A stretch of 64,000 nt of DNA, from assembly GCA_947644365.1 (NCBI GenBank), contig CANRYZ010000001.1:64907-128906 (forward strand), in the 5' to 3' direction. The position numbers and the translations under genes are program-made. How positions within the stretch are numbered: the stretch's first letter is position 1; each line of letters begins with the position of its first letter. Below the pieces are notes generated by a model that saw nothing but the letters and a program-made list of their open reading frames with translations, made no database searches and was not told the DNA's origin. This document shows, one piece after another, positions 29,493 to 40,226 of the stretch. This DNA is from an uncultured Oscillibacter sp. (GTDB lineage Bacteria > Bacillota > Clostridia > Oscillospirales > Oscillospiraceae).

Positions 29493-30497
29493 TTACACAT
29501 AGCTCGCCCGCAGGCGGGAACGGATGACTTCCGGATCAATGCCCGCGCCCCTGCCCATCAGCAGAATGCGCAGGTTGGTGTACTCCGTCTCCCGGGCCGC
29601 CAGATACCCCACCAGCGGGGCCTCGCCGAAGGGCACGAACAGAGCCCCCGCGAGATAGTCCCCCACCACGTCGTCGCACAGCTTCTCGAACTCCGTCAGG
29701 GGCCCGCCCTGGAGGGCGCGGGCGCCGCTCTCCGCCGCCGCCTGGAACCGGGTGGGGGCGTACAGCTCCGCAAGGCCGCCTCCCCGGGCGGCGCTCACCG
29801 CCAGGATCGCGTCCGGCGCGACGTCGCCCCCCTCAAAGAGGACGCCCCGCAGAAACTCCTCGTTCTTGCCCATCCGCAGGGTGCGGACCAGGGTCCGCAG
29901 GTTGGCCGCGTCGATCTGGACCTGCACATAACCGTGCAAAAAGGCGCTGCCTGTGGCCTCCGCCACCGCGTCCATGTCCCGGTAGAACCAGCGGTCCAGC
30001 ACAATGTCGCTGAGCTGGGGGTCCCGGGTGGTCTGTAAGACCTCCTTGGCCTCCGCCACGGCGGACGCCAGCAGAGGCGGCAGGCTGTCCAGCTCTCCGG
30101 AGCGCATGGCCTCCCGCAGCTCCGCCGCGCTCACCCGGCCCATGTCCATGAGCATATGCTCCGGGTCGGTGTCCATGGCCTCCGCCTTTAAGATGGCCTT
30201 CGCGTTGTGATAGTCGTATTTGAGTTTGAAAACGTCGATATACCTGGGGTCCGGCGCGCCGTCGGCCAGGTCGGAGAGCGTGGCCTCCCGGGCGGCGGAA
30301 AGCGCCGCGTCCATGGCCTCCGGGTCCGCGGCGTCCAGCTCCGGATAGCCGCAGTCCTGGAGGATCTTCGCGACCTCCTCCTCGCTGCGGGCCTCCAGAA
30401 GCTGCTCCATCCGCTCCCGGGTCAGAAGAGTGCTCTCCATGGCCTTGATCCGGGCGGAGATGACCAGGTAATCGGTGTCTTTGATTTTTTTAGCCAA
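29493..30497 (-). CDS. ntpC: V/A-type ATPase subunit C (d)
   Basis: ARIKAME, YDYHNAK, NLRILL...RLRASY; operon position. Confidence 0.92.
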   Translation of the reverse strand: MAKKIKDTDYLVISARIKAMESTLLTRERMEQLLEARSEEEVAKILQDCGYPELDAADPEAMDAALSAAREATLSDLADGAPDPRYIDVFKLKYDYHNAKAILKAEAMDTDPEHMLMDMGRVSAAELREAMRSGELDSLPPLLASAVAEAKEVLQTTRDPQLSDIVLDRWFYRDMDAVAEATGSAFLHGYVQVQIDAANLRTLVRTLRMGKNEEFLRGVLFEGGDVAPDAILAVSAARGGGLAELYAPTRFQAAAESGARALQGGPLTEFEKLCDDVVGDYLAGALFVPFGEAPLVGYLAARETEYTNLRILLMGRGAGIDPEVIRSRLRASYV

Positions 30498-30512
30498 GAC
30501 ACTTCCTCCTTG

Positions 30513-31199
30513 TTATGCCTCCGGGAACAGCTTCTTTGCCACCGCTCCCGCGGTCTCCGCCTTTTGCAGGCGCACCAGGGTATCGAAGGTGCAGTTGACC
30601 TCCACGTTCTCGTCCTTGAGGATAAAACCGCCCTGAATGGGCCGGGTCTCCTTAGACAGCGTCAGCATCGCCGTACCCTTGGCGATGGCGGTGACGCTGG
30701 TGGCCACTTTGCTCAAAAGATCCGTGACCTTGGACCCCCCCTGGGGCACGTCCGGCGCGGCCTGCTTCGCCAGGATCTCATTGGCCTTGGCCACGGCGGC
30801 CTTGCCAACGCGGTCCCGGTCCGCCGGGGAGAAGACGGCCTCCTCCCGGCCGGTGGAGGACGCCTGCACCAGGAGGTCCGCCAGCACCTGTACGTACCGC
30901 TCCTCCGGCATGGCGCACAGCTTCTCCAGCGCCAGGGCGTAGGTCTTCTCCACCATCTCCTGCTTGGCGGCCAGCAGAACTTTCCGGGCCTCCATCTGGG
31001 CCACGCTGACCAGGCGCTCCTCCCGCTCCGCGGCGGCCTTGGCGTTCTTCGCCGCCAGGTCCGCGGACTCGGCGTCCGCCTGGGCCCTGTACTTCGCGGT
31101 GATCTGGGCGGCCTCCTCCCGGGCATTGCTCAGGACGCGCTCCGCCTCCGCCTGGGCGTCCGCGGTGATGCGTCCGGTGATTTTTTCAATTCCGTTCAT
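30513..31199 (-). CDS. ntpE: V/A-type ATPase subunit E
   Basis: GIEKIT..I coiled coil, GGFIL...EVNCTFD. Confidence 0.92.
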   Translation of the reverse strand: MNGIEKITGRITADAQAEAERVLSNAREEAAQITAKYRAQADAESADLAAKNAKAAAEREERLVSVAQMEARKVLLAAKQEMVEKTYALALEKLCAMPEERYVQVLADLLVQASSTGREEAVFSPADRDRVGKAAVAKANEILAKQAAPDVPQGGSKVTDLLSKVATSVTAIAKGTAMLTLSKETRPIQGGFILKDENVEVNCTFDTLVRLQKAETAGAVAKKLFPEA

Positions 31200-31227
31200 G
31201 TTCTGAATCCCCTTTCTGCGGGGTCAA

Positions 31228-31785
<558 letters not shown>

Positions 31786-33708
31786 TTACTTGGTAATATC
31801 CACGTATTTTGTCTCCATAGCCAGGGGCCGGAAGGGCCTGCCGCCGTCCTCGTAGAATTTCCCAAAATACTCCAGGCACTGGAGACGCAGATCGTGGACG
31901 TAGCAGCCCAGCAGGTTCAGCGCGAAGTTCAGCGCGTTGCCGGCCAGGGAGATCACAAGGAAAATAACGATGTTGTTGGGGATCGCGCCCAATGTATTGA
32001 ACACCTGGGCGATGACGCTGCCCGCCAGCATCAGCGCCATGAGACGGGCATAGGACAAGATATCGCCGAAGTAGCCCGTCACGTGGTTGTACAGCGACCC
32101 GAAGATCCCCATGATCTTGCCGAAGCCCTGGCCGGTGACCAGGGGCCCGATGACGATCAGGGCCAGGCCCGCGTAGAGCACGACGTTGGTCACGCCCACG
32201 GCCATCAGGCCGATGCCGGCAAACACGATCCACCAGGTGACCTCCTCAAAAAAGGCGTCCAGCACCGCTCCGGCCTTGACCTTGCGGATAAAGCTGATGG
32301 CCATGCCGGTGATAATCTGCACCAGGCCGAGGGCCATGGCGCCCACCAGGATCATGAGGGTGTCGTTCAACGGCGTGAACAGCGCCGGCAGGGCGAAATC
32401 GCCGCCGGTGGTGATCTTCACCACCTGGGTCAAAAAGTCCCCGAAGAAGCCGCCGGTGACGGCTCCCATGATGAAGGTGGACACGCCGCACAGTTGCAGC
32501 AGACCCATCATGTGGCCCATGGTGCCCTTGGGGCGGTACTTCCGGGAAATGATGGTGCCCGCCAGGAACATCAGCAGCCCGTAGCCCATGTCCGCCATCA
32601 TAATGCCGTAGAACAGGATGAAAAACGGCGCCATAAGGGGGTTGGGGTCCACATTGTTGTAGGCGGGGAGGGAGTACATCTCCGTCACCATGTTCAGCGG
32701 CTTTGTGAGCCAGTTGTTTTTCAGCTGCACCGGAACCTCCGGGATCTCCTCCTCGGTGGGATCCGAGGCCTCCCAGGCGCAGCCCAGATTCTCCAGCAGG
32801 GACTGCACGTCCCCCATCCGCTCCGCCGGGGCCCAGCCCTCGAAGAAGAGGATGGTGCCGTCGGTGAGCAGGCGCTCGGCGTTGACCTCCCGGGCCTCCT
32901 CGGCCCGCAGGCGGTCCGTATAGAGCTGGAGCAGCTCCTTCTCTCCGCCCTTGGCGGCGATGGCCTCCGCCGCCTGGGACTGGGCCTTGCGATTCTCCGC
33001 CAGCTGCCGGTCCAGGGCCTGGAGATTCTCCGCCGCCGTTCCGGTCAGCCCCTGGAAGGACACCACGCTGAAAGCGTGGGGCCGCAGGACCTCCATCACG
33101 GCGCTCTCGTCCGCCCGGTGGCACACCAGCAGGCAGTAGTTCTGCTGCTTGTCCGCGCTGAGCTCATAGAGCTCGGCCGCCGCGTCCGACGCCGCAAGCT
33201 CGGTCTTGACGGCGCCGACGTCGGCCCCGCCCGGCATCACGCCCAGCCGGAAAAGCGCGTTTTCCGTGCCCTCCAGCTCCAGGGGCATGTCCAGGGACCG
33301 CCAGGGCAGCAGGGACGATTGCCGGGCCAGCAGACGGCTCTCCTCGTTCTGGAGCCGGGCCATGGCCTGGAGCTGTCCGCCCACTTCCCGGCTCACAGCC
33401 CGGGCCTTCTCCACCGTCTCTCCGCTCAGGAATTCGTCCTCAGAGATCGGGCGGCGCTGGATAAACAGCCCGTCCTTGGTCTGGGCGTACTTTTTCAGCG
33501 CCGCCAGGGCGGTGCCCGCCTGGGTGATGTCCTCCTTGGCGGAGAGAAGCCGGGACTGGCCCCGCCGCAGAAGCGCGGACCACTCCTGCTCCTTTCCCTC
33601 CGGTTCGCTGATCTCCACACATCCCAGGCGCAGAAGCCCCTCCAGCAGCTCTCCCCGCCGGCCGGCCATCGCGATCACACGGAGCTTCTTCATTTTTACA
33701 ATGGCCAT
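31786..33708 (-). CDS. ntpI: V/A-type ATPase subunit I (a)
   Basis: MAIVKM, DPNP..FFILFYG, SYARLMAL, HDLRLQCLEYF. Confidence 0.95.
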   Translation of the reverse strand: MAIVKMKKLRVIAMAGRRGELLEGLLRLGCVEISEPEGKEQEWSALLRRGQSRLLSAKEDITQAGTALAALKKYAQTKDGLFIQRRPISEDEFLSGETVEKARAVSREVGGQLQAMARLQNEESRLLARQSSLLPWRSLDMPLELEGTENALFRLGVMPGGADVGAVKTELAASDAAAELYELSADKQQNYCLLVCHRADESAVMEVLRPHAFSVVSFQGLTGTAAENLQALDRQLAENRKAQSQAAEAIAAKGGEKELLQLYTDRLRAEEAREVNAERLLTDGTILFFEGWAPAERMGDVQSLLENLGCAWEASDPTEEEIPEVPVQLKNNWLTKPLNMVTEMYSLPAYNNVDPNPLMAPFFILFYGIMMADMGYGLLMFLAGTIISRKYRPKGTMGHMMGLLQLCGVSTFIMGAVTGGFFGDFLTQVVKITTGGDFALPALFTPLNDTLMILVGAMALGLVQIITGMAISFIRKVKAGAVLDAFFEEVTWWIVFAGIGLMAVGVTNVVLYAGLALIVIGPLVTGQGFGKIMGIFGSLYNHVTGYFGDILSYARLMALMLAGSVIAQVFNTLGAIPNNIVIFLVISLAGNALNFALNLLGCYVHDLRLQCLEYFGKFYEDGGRPFRPLAMETKYVDITK

Positions 33709-33709
33709 A

Positions 33710-34024
33710 TCAGTGCTTCACAACCCTTCCGACAATAAACTCCGCGGCCTCCGCCAGGTGCTGTCCGGCCGTCTCCCGCAGGGCGGCGGCCTCCGCCTGC
33801 GCGGCGCGGTCGATCTCAGCGGCGCGCTCCGCCGCTCTGGCCTCCGCCTGCCGCAGCAGCTCTTTTCCGCTCTCCGCCGCGCCGGTCCGCGCCTGCTGCA
33901 AGAGCGCAAGCCCCTCCCGTTCCGCGTCGGCGACGATCCTCTGGGCCTCCGCCTCAGCAGCTGCTTTCCGCTCACGGTTCTCGGCCTCCACCTGCGTGAC
34001 CTTTTCGATTGCTTCCAGGGACAT
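33710..34024 (-). CDS. V/A-type ATPase peripheral stalk subunit G/H
   Basis: Ala/Glu-rich coiled coil; first gene of operon; promoter TTGCGT-17-TATGAT upstream. Confidence 0.85.
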   Translation of the reverse strand: MSLEAIEKVTQVEAENRERKAAAEAEAQRIVADAEREGLALLQQARTGAAESGKELLRQAEARAAERAAEIDRAAQAEAAALRETAGQHLAEAAEFIVGRVVKH

Positions 34025-34162
34025 CCGTTTTTCACCTTCTCTCCTGTAACGCGATTTTAAAGCCCTTGTCAAGCCGCCCGCCAGGGATATGGGCGGCCTT
34101 TCATAAGCCTGTTTATCATACCATATCCATACCGTCAACGCAAGATATTTTTCCCAGCTCTA

Positions 34163-34323
34163 GAGTCTGTTTTAAAACCGTCAAAACGCCGTCTTAAAGC
34201 ATCTTTTTCCACCGGAGCTGCGTTGATTTGACTTGAAATCCGCCAGGATTCCCGCGTCAAATCGCCTTGTCCGGCAGAAAAATCTGCCTCAATCCGGCAT
34301 TCTGCCAGCTATAAAACAGACTC
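34163..34323. mobile_element. 161-bp MITE-like element with GAGTCTGTTTTA terminal inverted repeats
   Basis: Exact 12-bp IRs at 34163-34174 and 34312-34323; left end follows CTA. Confidence 0.6.
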
Positions 34324-34566
34324 CGGCGGTTTTTGACATCGCCCTCCCCCGGCGGCGGCGCCGGTTCCCCAGGGCTCTCCCGCTTATTCTAAACCCGGTT
34401 TTCCATTCTATTCCTCCGCCGCTCCGTCCGGGAGAGAGTAACCCTATTTTACAGGCCGCGGTCCCGGCTGACAATAGGCAATGGAACCGCCTTTGTCTAT
34501 GGCGCGGCCCCGGCCTCCTGCGGCGCGCAAAGGAGCGCGTCGGACAGCAGTCCGCCGCGCTCCCGC

Positions 34567-35178
34567 TCAATCCTCTTTTTCCCGGCGCTCCAGCAGCGCC
34601 TCCAGCTCCCGCAGCTCCGCGCCGGACCGGTCCATGGCCCGGGGAAGCTGGGTCAGGTTCACCTCAATCTTCCGCAGCTCACTGTTGACGTGGGCGGCGG
34701 TGGTCTCAAAGGTGCTCATCAGCGTCCGGTACTGGACCTGGAACTGCTCCGCCAGCCGCCGCAGGCGGGTGCTGGCCTCATCCTCCAGTCCGGCGGCCCG
34801 CTGGCGGGCCTCGCACTCAATGGCGCCGATCTGCTCCCGGAACCGGGCGTAGGACTCCGCGTCGCCCCGCAGGGCCTCCTCCTGGGCCCGCAGGCGCTCC
34901 GCCTCTTTCTCCACGGTCTCCAGCTCCTGCCGCCGGGCGCTCTCCCGGGCCAGGTCTTCCCGCAGGCGGGCGTTCTCCGCCTCCAGAGCCTCTACGCGGG
35001 CCTGGAGCTCCGATACCTGCCCGCCCAGGGTCTGGGCCTCCTGACGCAGGCCGTCGCTCTCCTGCCGGAGCTTCTCCTGGGCCTCCGCCGCCTCCCGGGC
35101 GGTCCTCTCTATATAGGCGACGACATCCTGCTTGTCGAATCCGCCAAACGCCACACTTTTAAAAATATTGTTCTCCAT
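34567..35178 (-). CDS. DivIVA-like coiled-coil protein
   Basis: N-terminal FKSVAFGGFDKQDV..YI followed by a long coiled coil. Confidence 0.7.
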   Translation of the reverse strand: MENNIFKSVAFGGFDKQDVVAYIERTAREAAEAQEKLRQESDGLRQEAQTLGGQVSELQARVEALEAENARLREDLARESARRQELETVEKEAERLRAQEEALRGDAESYARFREQIGAIECEARQRAAGLEDEASTRLRRLAEQFQVQYRTLMSTFETTAAHVNSELRKIEVNLTQLPRAMDRSGAELRELEALLERREKED

Positions 35179-35282
35179 AGGACCACCACTTTCTTTGTAC
35201 TCTATTCGCCACTTTAACACACAATGCCCTGTTTTACAAGAGAAAATGAGACAGGCCGGAAAAATCCGGCCTGTCTTGCGTC

Positions 35283-37793
35283 TCACTGAATTCCGGTAAC
35301 CTTGTAGTCCTGGTCCTCCACGGCCTTTTTCAGCGCCGCGTCGGAGAGCTCCCCGGACAGCGTCACCACGGCGGTGCCGCTCTCATGGCTGACGGCGGCC
35401 TCCGCCACCTCCGGCAGGGCCTCCAGCGCCTTCTTCACCCGGGCCTCACAGTGTCCGCACATCATGCCCTCGATCTTCATGGTCTTTTCCATAGTCTTTG
35501 CTTCCTCCTTGTGTTTTACTCTGATTTTCTTATCCCGGCCCGCGTTCCGAATGTCAAAGAGATTCAGCCGCAGGGCATTGGAGACTACGCAGAAGCTGGA
35601 GAGGCTCATGGCCGCCGCGCCGAACATGGGGTTCAGCGTCAGCCCAAGGGGGATAAAGAGTCCCGCCGCCAGGGGAATGCCGATGGTATTGTAGAAAAAC
35701 GCCCAGAAGAGGTTCTGGTGGATATTCCGCAGCGTGGCCCGGCTGAGCCGGATGGCGGCGGGCACGTCGCTCAGACGGCTCTTCATCAGCACCACGTCCG
35801 CCGCGTCGATGGCCACATCCGTCCCCGCGCCGATGGCGATGCCGGTGTCCGCCCGGGTCAGGGCCGGGGCGTCGTTGATGCCGTCGCCCACCATGGCGAC
35901 CCGCCCCTGCTCTTTCAGCCTCCGGATCACGCTCTCCTTGCCGTCCGGCAATACCCCGGCGATGACCTCGTCCACCCCGGCCTGGGCGCCGATGGCCTCG
36001 GCGGTCCGCTGATTGTCGCCGGTGAGCATCACCACCCGGATCCCCATATTCCGCAGCTCCCGCACCGCCTGGGGACTGTCCTCCTTGATGACGTCCGCCA
36101 CGGCGACGACGCCCAGAAGGACCCCGTCCCGGCTGAAAAACAGCGGCGTCTTTCCCTGGCCCGCCAGGGCCTCGGCCCTGGCCTGCATATCCTGGGACAC
36201 CGACGCCCGGGTGCGGATAAAGGCCAGATTTCCGCCGCTGAGAACGGCGCCGTCCCTCCGGGCGGTCAGCCCGTTCCCGGGCAGGGCCTGAAAGTCCGTG
36301 ACATCCTCCGCCGGAAGCTCCTCTTCCTCCGCTTTTCGCAGGACGGCCTTCGCCAGGGGGTGCTCGCTCCTCCGCTCCAGGGCGGCGGCCAGGCGCAGCA
36401 GCTCCGCCTCGTCCGTCCCCTCCGCCGGGAGGACGTCCGTCACCCTGGGCTCGCCCCGGGTAATGGTGCCCGTCTTGTCCAGGGCCACGATCTCCGTGCG
36501 GCCCGCGGCCTCCAGAGAGGCGGCGGTCTTGAAGAGGATGCCGTTCTTCGCCCCCATGCCGTTGCCCACCATAATGGCCACGGGCGTAGCCAGTCCCAGG
36601 GCGCAGGGACAGGAGATCACCAGCACGGAGATGCCCCGGGCCAAGGCGAAGCCCAGGCTCCGCCCCAGCAGCAGCCACACAACGGTGGTCACCACGGCGA
36701 TGGAGATCACCGCCGGGACGAACACTCCGGAGACCTTGTCGGCAATTTTGGCGATGGGGGCCTTGGTGGCCGCCGCGTCGCTGACCATCTGAATGATCTG
36801 GGACAGCGTGGTATCCTCCCCCACCCGGGTAGCCCGGCACCGGAGAAAGCCGGACTGATTCACCGTGGCGGCGGAAACCCCGTCTCCCGGCGCCTTATCC
36901 ACCGGGATGCTCTCGCCGGTCAGGGCGGACTCATTGACGGCGCTGGTCCCCTCCACCACCACACCGTCCACCGGGATATTCTCCCCAGGACGGACCACGA
37001 AGACGTCGTCCCTGCGCACCTGTTCAATGGGGACCTCCGTCTCCCGGCCCTCCCGCTCCACCACGGCGGTCTTGGGGGCCAGCTTCATCAACCCTCTCAG
37101 AGCGTCGGTGGTCCGGCCCTTGGACCGGGCCTCCAGCATCTTGCCCACCGTAATCAGGGTCAAAATCATGGCGGCGGACTCGAAGTAAAACTCCATCATG
37201 CAGGCCATGACGCCCTCCATGTCCCCCCGAACCTGCGCGTCCGTCATGGCGAAGAGGGCGTAGGTGCTGTACACAAAGGCCGCCGTGGACCCCAGGGCCA
37301 CCAGGGTATCCATATTGGGCGAACGGTGCCACAGGCTCTTGAAGCCGCTGACGAAAAACTTCTGGTTGATCACCATGACCACCGCCGTCAGCAGCAGCTG
37401 CAAAAGGCCCATGGCCACGTGGTTGCCCCGGAAAAAGGCCGGGACCGGCCAGCCCCACATCATGTGCCCCATGGAGAAGTACATCAGCGCCAGCAGAAAG
37501 CCCAGGGACCATACTAGACGCCGCTTCAATACCGGCGTCTCATGGTCCCGCAGGGCCTCCTCCGCCTCCGAGACGGAGACGGCCTGCCGGCCAGCGCCCT
37601 TGACGGAGGCGCCGTATCCCGCCTCCTCCACCGCCCGGATGATCTCCCCGGCGGCGGCGCTGCCCTCCACGCCCATGGAATTGGTGAGAAGGCTCACGGA
37701 GCAGGACGTGACTCCCGGCACCTTGGACACCGCCTTTTCCACCCGGGCCGAGCAGGCGGCGCAGCTCATGCCCGTGACATTATATTGTTCCAT
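35283..37793 (-). CDS. copA: Cu(I)-translocating P1B-type ATPase with N- and C-terminal HMA domains
   Basis: GMSCAAC, TGES, CPC, DKTGT, SEHP, GDGIND, YN and MxxSS motifs; C-terminal GMMCGHC. Confidence 0.95.
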   Translation of the reverse strand: MEQYNVTGMSCAACSARVEKAVSKVPGVTSCSVSLLTNSMGVEGSAAAGEIIRAVEEAGYGASVKGAGRQAVSVSEAEEALRDHETPVLKRRLVWSLGFLLALMYFSMGHMMWGWPVPAFFRGNHVAMGLLQLLLTAVVMVINQKFFVSGFKSLWHRSPNMDTLVALGSTAAFVYSTYALFAMTDAQVRGDMEGVMACMMEFYFESAAMILTLITVGKMLEARSKGRTTDALRGLMKLAPKTAVVEREGRETEVPIEQVRRDDVFVVRPGENIPVDGVVVEGTSAVNESALTGESIPVDKAPGDGVSAATVNQSGFLRCRATRVGEDTTLSQIIQMVSDAAATKAPIAKIADKVSGVFVPAVISIAVVTTVVWLLLGRSLGFALARGISVLVISCPCALGLATPVAIMVGNGMGAKNGILFKTAASLEAAGRTEIVALDKTGTITRGEPRVTDVLPAEGTDEAELLRLAAALERRSEHPLAKAVLRKAEEEELPAEDVTDFQALPGNGLTARRDGAVLSGGNLAFIRTRASVSQDMQARAEALAGQGKTPLFFSRDGVLLGVVAVADVIKEDSPQAVRELRNMGIRVVMLTGDNQRTAEAIGAQAGVDEVIAGVLPDGKESVIRRLKEQGRVAMVGDGINDAPALTRADTGIAIGAGTDVAIDAADVVLMKSRLSDVPAAIRLSRATLRNIHQNLFWAFFYNTIGIPLAAGLFIPLGLTLNPMFGAAAMSLSSFCVVSNALRLNLFDIRNAGRDKKIRVKHKEEAKTMEKTMKIEGMMCGHCEARVKKALEALPEVAEAAVSHESGTAVVTLSGELSDAALKKAVEDQDYKVTGIQ

Positions 37794-37822
37794 AGTTCCT
37801 CCCGACGGACCTTATCCGATCC

Positions 37823-38125
37823 CTATTTCATCAGCTTTTGAATGGTGGCCACCAGCTCGTCCAGGGTCTCCGCCCTGCCCTCCCGCACATCCCGGGCCAC
37901 GCAGGTGCGGATGTGCTCCGCCAGCAGCTCCCGGCTGAAGGCGTTCAGCGCCGCGTTGGCGGCGGCCACCTGGGCCAGGATGTCCGGGCAGTAGGCGCTC
38001 TTCTCCACCATGCCCCGAATCCCCCGGATCTGGCCCTCGATCCTGTTGAGCCGGTGAACCAGGCGCCTGTACTCCTCCGGAGAGCGTTCCTTTGTCTTAT
38101 GGCAGTCGCAGCTCTGAGGTTCCAT
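37823..38125 (-). CDS. csoR: Copper-sensing repressor
   Basis: RLNRIEGQIRGI, YCPDIL, HIRTCV; GGAGG RBS. Confidence 0.93.
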   Translation of the reverse strand: MEPQSCDCHKTKERSPEEYRRLVHRLNRIEGQIRGIRGMVEKSAYCPDILAQVAAANAALNAFSRELLAEHIRTCVARDVREGRAETLDELVATIQKLMK

Positions 38126-38144
38126 CTCCGTGCCTCCCCGCAAA

Positions 38145-38196
38145 ATATACCCCACTAGGGTATATCTATAGTATACCCCCTCCGGGTATTTGTCAA
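38145..38196 (-). promoter_or_regulatory. csoR-copA promoter with two CsoR operators
   Basis: TTGACA-17-TACTAT; ATATACCC-5-GGGTATAT (38145-38165) and ATACCC-5-GGGTAT (38173-38189). Confidence 0.85.
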
Positions 38197-38496
38197 GACC
38201 CTTTTGAAAGAATTTCCCCACCGGGGCAGAAAATATCCGCGCCCGATCTCTGTCAACGTTTGCGATTTATAAAATCGCATCTTCCGGAAAAATTCCCTGC
38301 TTTTTTGTGTGTAAAAATAAAATAATTTCGTCATAAATCCATAGCGGACAAATATGAAAAATATATCACGCTGAAAAACGGCCAAAAATTTGTCAGATTT
38401 TTTATGGAAATATCCGAATTTTTCACAAATTCCGCAGATAAGATTGACAATCTCCCCGGATGTATGGTAGATATAAAGAAATAAATGACGGGAGTG

Positions 38497-38516
38497 TGAA
38501 AACGCAAACGTTTTCA
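38497..38516. promoter_or_regulatory. LacI/CcpA-family-like operator upstream of the mgtC pair
   Basis: TGAAAACG-CAAA-CGTTTTCA palindrome downstream of TTGACA (38444). Confidence 0.5.
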
Positions 38517-38630
38517 ATCGATGCTCCGGCGGCCTGAGCAAAAGAGATACGGATTGGGGAAGAAGCGGCGCGGCCGGTTCTTCTCCTCTCTTATTCCCTG
38601 TCCGCCAGGCGCTGGAAAGGAGGCTTTTTT

Positions 38631-39356
38631 ATGATCGAGGCATTGGAGTGCCTGCGGCAATTGAACACGCCGTCCGTGCTGCTTCGGCTGACGCTGGCCA
38701 TGCTGTTCGGCGGCATGATCGGCCTGGAGCGGGGCCGGAAGGGCCGCCCGGCGGGCTTTCGTACATACATGCTGGTGTGCCTTGGCGCGGCGCTGACCAT
38801 GCTGCTGAGCCAGTACGAATATTACATGCTGAACCACGGCTGGGCCGCTCTGGCGGCGGAGGTGGGCATCCGCACGGACGTCAGCCGCTTCGGCGCCCAG
38901 GTCATCAACGGCATCGGCTTTCTGGGTGCCGGGACCATCATCGTCACCGGCCGGCAGGAGGTCAAGGGCCTGACTACCGCGGCGGGCCTGTGGGCCTCCG
39001 CCTGTATGGGTCTGGCCATCGGCGCCGGGTTCTACGAGTGCGTGGCCATAGCGTTCTTCATGATCTTCCTGTCTGTTCACGTTCTCTCGCCCCTGGAGCT
39101 GCTGATCATCGAAAATGCCCGAAACATGAATATCTATGTGGAGTTCCGGTCTCTGGACAACGTGGGGGAGATTATCAGCCGCATCAAGGCCCAGGACGCG
39201 CAGATCTATGAGGCCGAGGTGGACCACGGCCGGGAGAGCGTGTCCCACCACCCCAACGCGATCTTCGCTCTCCGGATGCACCACAAGGGCGGCCACGCCA
39301 AACTGCTGGCCTCCATCTCCGAGATGGAAGACGTCTATGTGGTCCATGACATTTAA
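38631..39356 (+). CDS. MgtC/SapB family membrane protein 1
   Basis: GLERG..GRPAGFRT, AQVINGIGFLGAGTI, GLTTAAGLW; ACT-like C-terminus. Confidence 0.92.
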   Translation: MIEALECLRQLNTPSVLLRLTLAMLFGGMIGLERGRKGRPAGFRTYMLVCLGAALTMLLSQYEYYMLNHGWAALAAEVGIRTDVSRFGAQVINGIGFLGAGTIIVTGRQEVKGLTTAAGLWASACMGLAIGAGFYECVAIAFFMIFLSVHVLSPLELLIIENARNMNIYVEFRSLDNVGEIISRIKAQDAQIYEAEVDHGRESVSHHPNAIFALRMHHKGGHAKLLASISEMEDVYVVHDI

Positions 39357-39373
39357 GGAAAGGGGCGAGAAAT

Positions 39374-40066
39374 ATGCTATCAATTTTTGACGGTCTGCGG
39401 GAAGTAACGCTGCTGTCCGTAACCATTCGGATGCTGCTGGCCGTGATCTGCGGCGGCGTCATCGGCGTCGAGCGGGAGTTCAAGCGCCGCCCCGCGGGGT
39501 TCCGCACCCATATTCTGATCTGTCTGGGCGCGGCCATGACGACCCTCACCAGCCAATACCTCTACCTCTGCCTGGGACAGTACACCGACATGGCCCGCCT
39601 GGGCGCCCAGGTGGTGGCCGGCATCGGCTTCATCGGCGCGGGCACCATCATCGTCACCCGCCGCCAGCGGGTCAAGGGCCTGACCACCGCCGCGGGTCTC
39701 TGGGCGGCGGCCATCATCGGTCTGACACTGGGCGGCGGCTTTTACGAGGGAGGCATCTTTGCCACGGCGCTGATCCTGGTGGCGGAGCTGTTCTTCTCCC
39801 GCCTGGAGTACCGGATGCTGAAAAACGCGCCGGAGGTCAATCTCTACATCGAGCACACCGACAAATCCTGCGTTGAGGAGCTGCTGCGGCTGTTCCGGGA
39901 GGCGGATATGAAGATTCTGAACATGGGCATCATCCGCTCCGACAGCACCGAAAAGCACAACGCCTGCGCCATTTTCACCCTGCGTCTGCGGAAAGGCACC
40001 CATCAGGAGGACCTGATGGACCAGGCGCGGGCCATCCCCGGCGTGGTGTCCGTACGGCAGCTGTGA
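39374..40066 (+). CDS. MgtC/SapB family membrane protein 2
   Basis: ERE...RPAGFRTH, AQVVAGIGFIGAGTI, GLTTAAGLW. Confidence 0.92.
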   Translation: MLSIFDGLREVTLLSVTIRMLLAVICGGVIGVEREFKRRPAGFRTHILICLGAAMTTLTSQYLYLCLGQYTDMARLGAQVVAGIGFIGAGTIIVTRRQRVKGLTTAAGLWAAAIIGLTLGGGFYEGGIFATALILVAELFFSRLEYRMLKNAPEVNLYIEHTDKSCVEELLRLFREADMKILNMGIIRSDSTEKHNACAIFTLRLRKGTHQEDLMDQARAIPGVVSVRQL

Positions 40067-40076
40067 GATAACCATG

Positions 40077-40110
40077 AAAAGAGGCCGCCCATGACGGGGC
40101 GGCCTCTTTT
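40077..40110. terminator. Intrinsic terminator
   Basis: AAAAGAGGCCGCCC...GGGCGGCCTCTTTT. Confidence 0.85.
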
Positions 40111-40226
40111 GTCCATATAGCGGGAATATAAGTCTTTACCAAACGGACATTTTGGTGGAAAACGCAATTGACAATTTGCCGCCGCCGTGCTAAGGTAATA
40201 CCACAATCTAAAGAATGGCATAGGAA

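Noticed and set aside
34025-34115. Possible Na+ riboswitch in the V-ATPase leader
   Set aside because: Only a simple GCCGCCC/GGGCGGC hairpin is visible and I could not match the DUF1646 consensus; cmscan would settle it
38521-38634. 37-aa uORF overlapping the first mgtC start (MLRRPEQ...)
   Set aside because: No Shine-Dalgarno at usable spacing; better explained as structured leader
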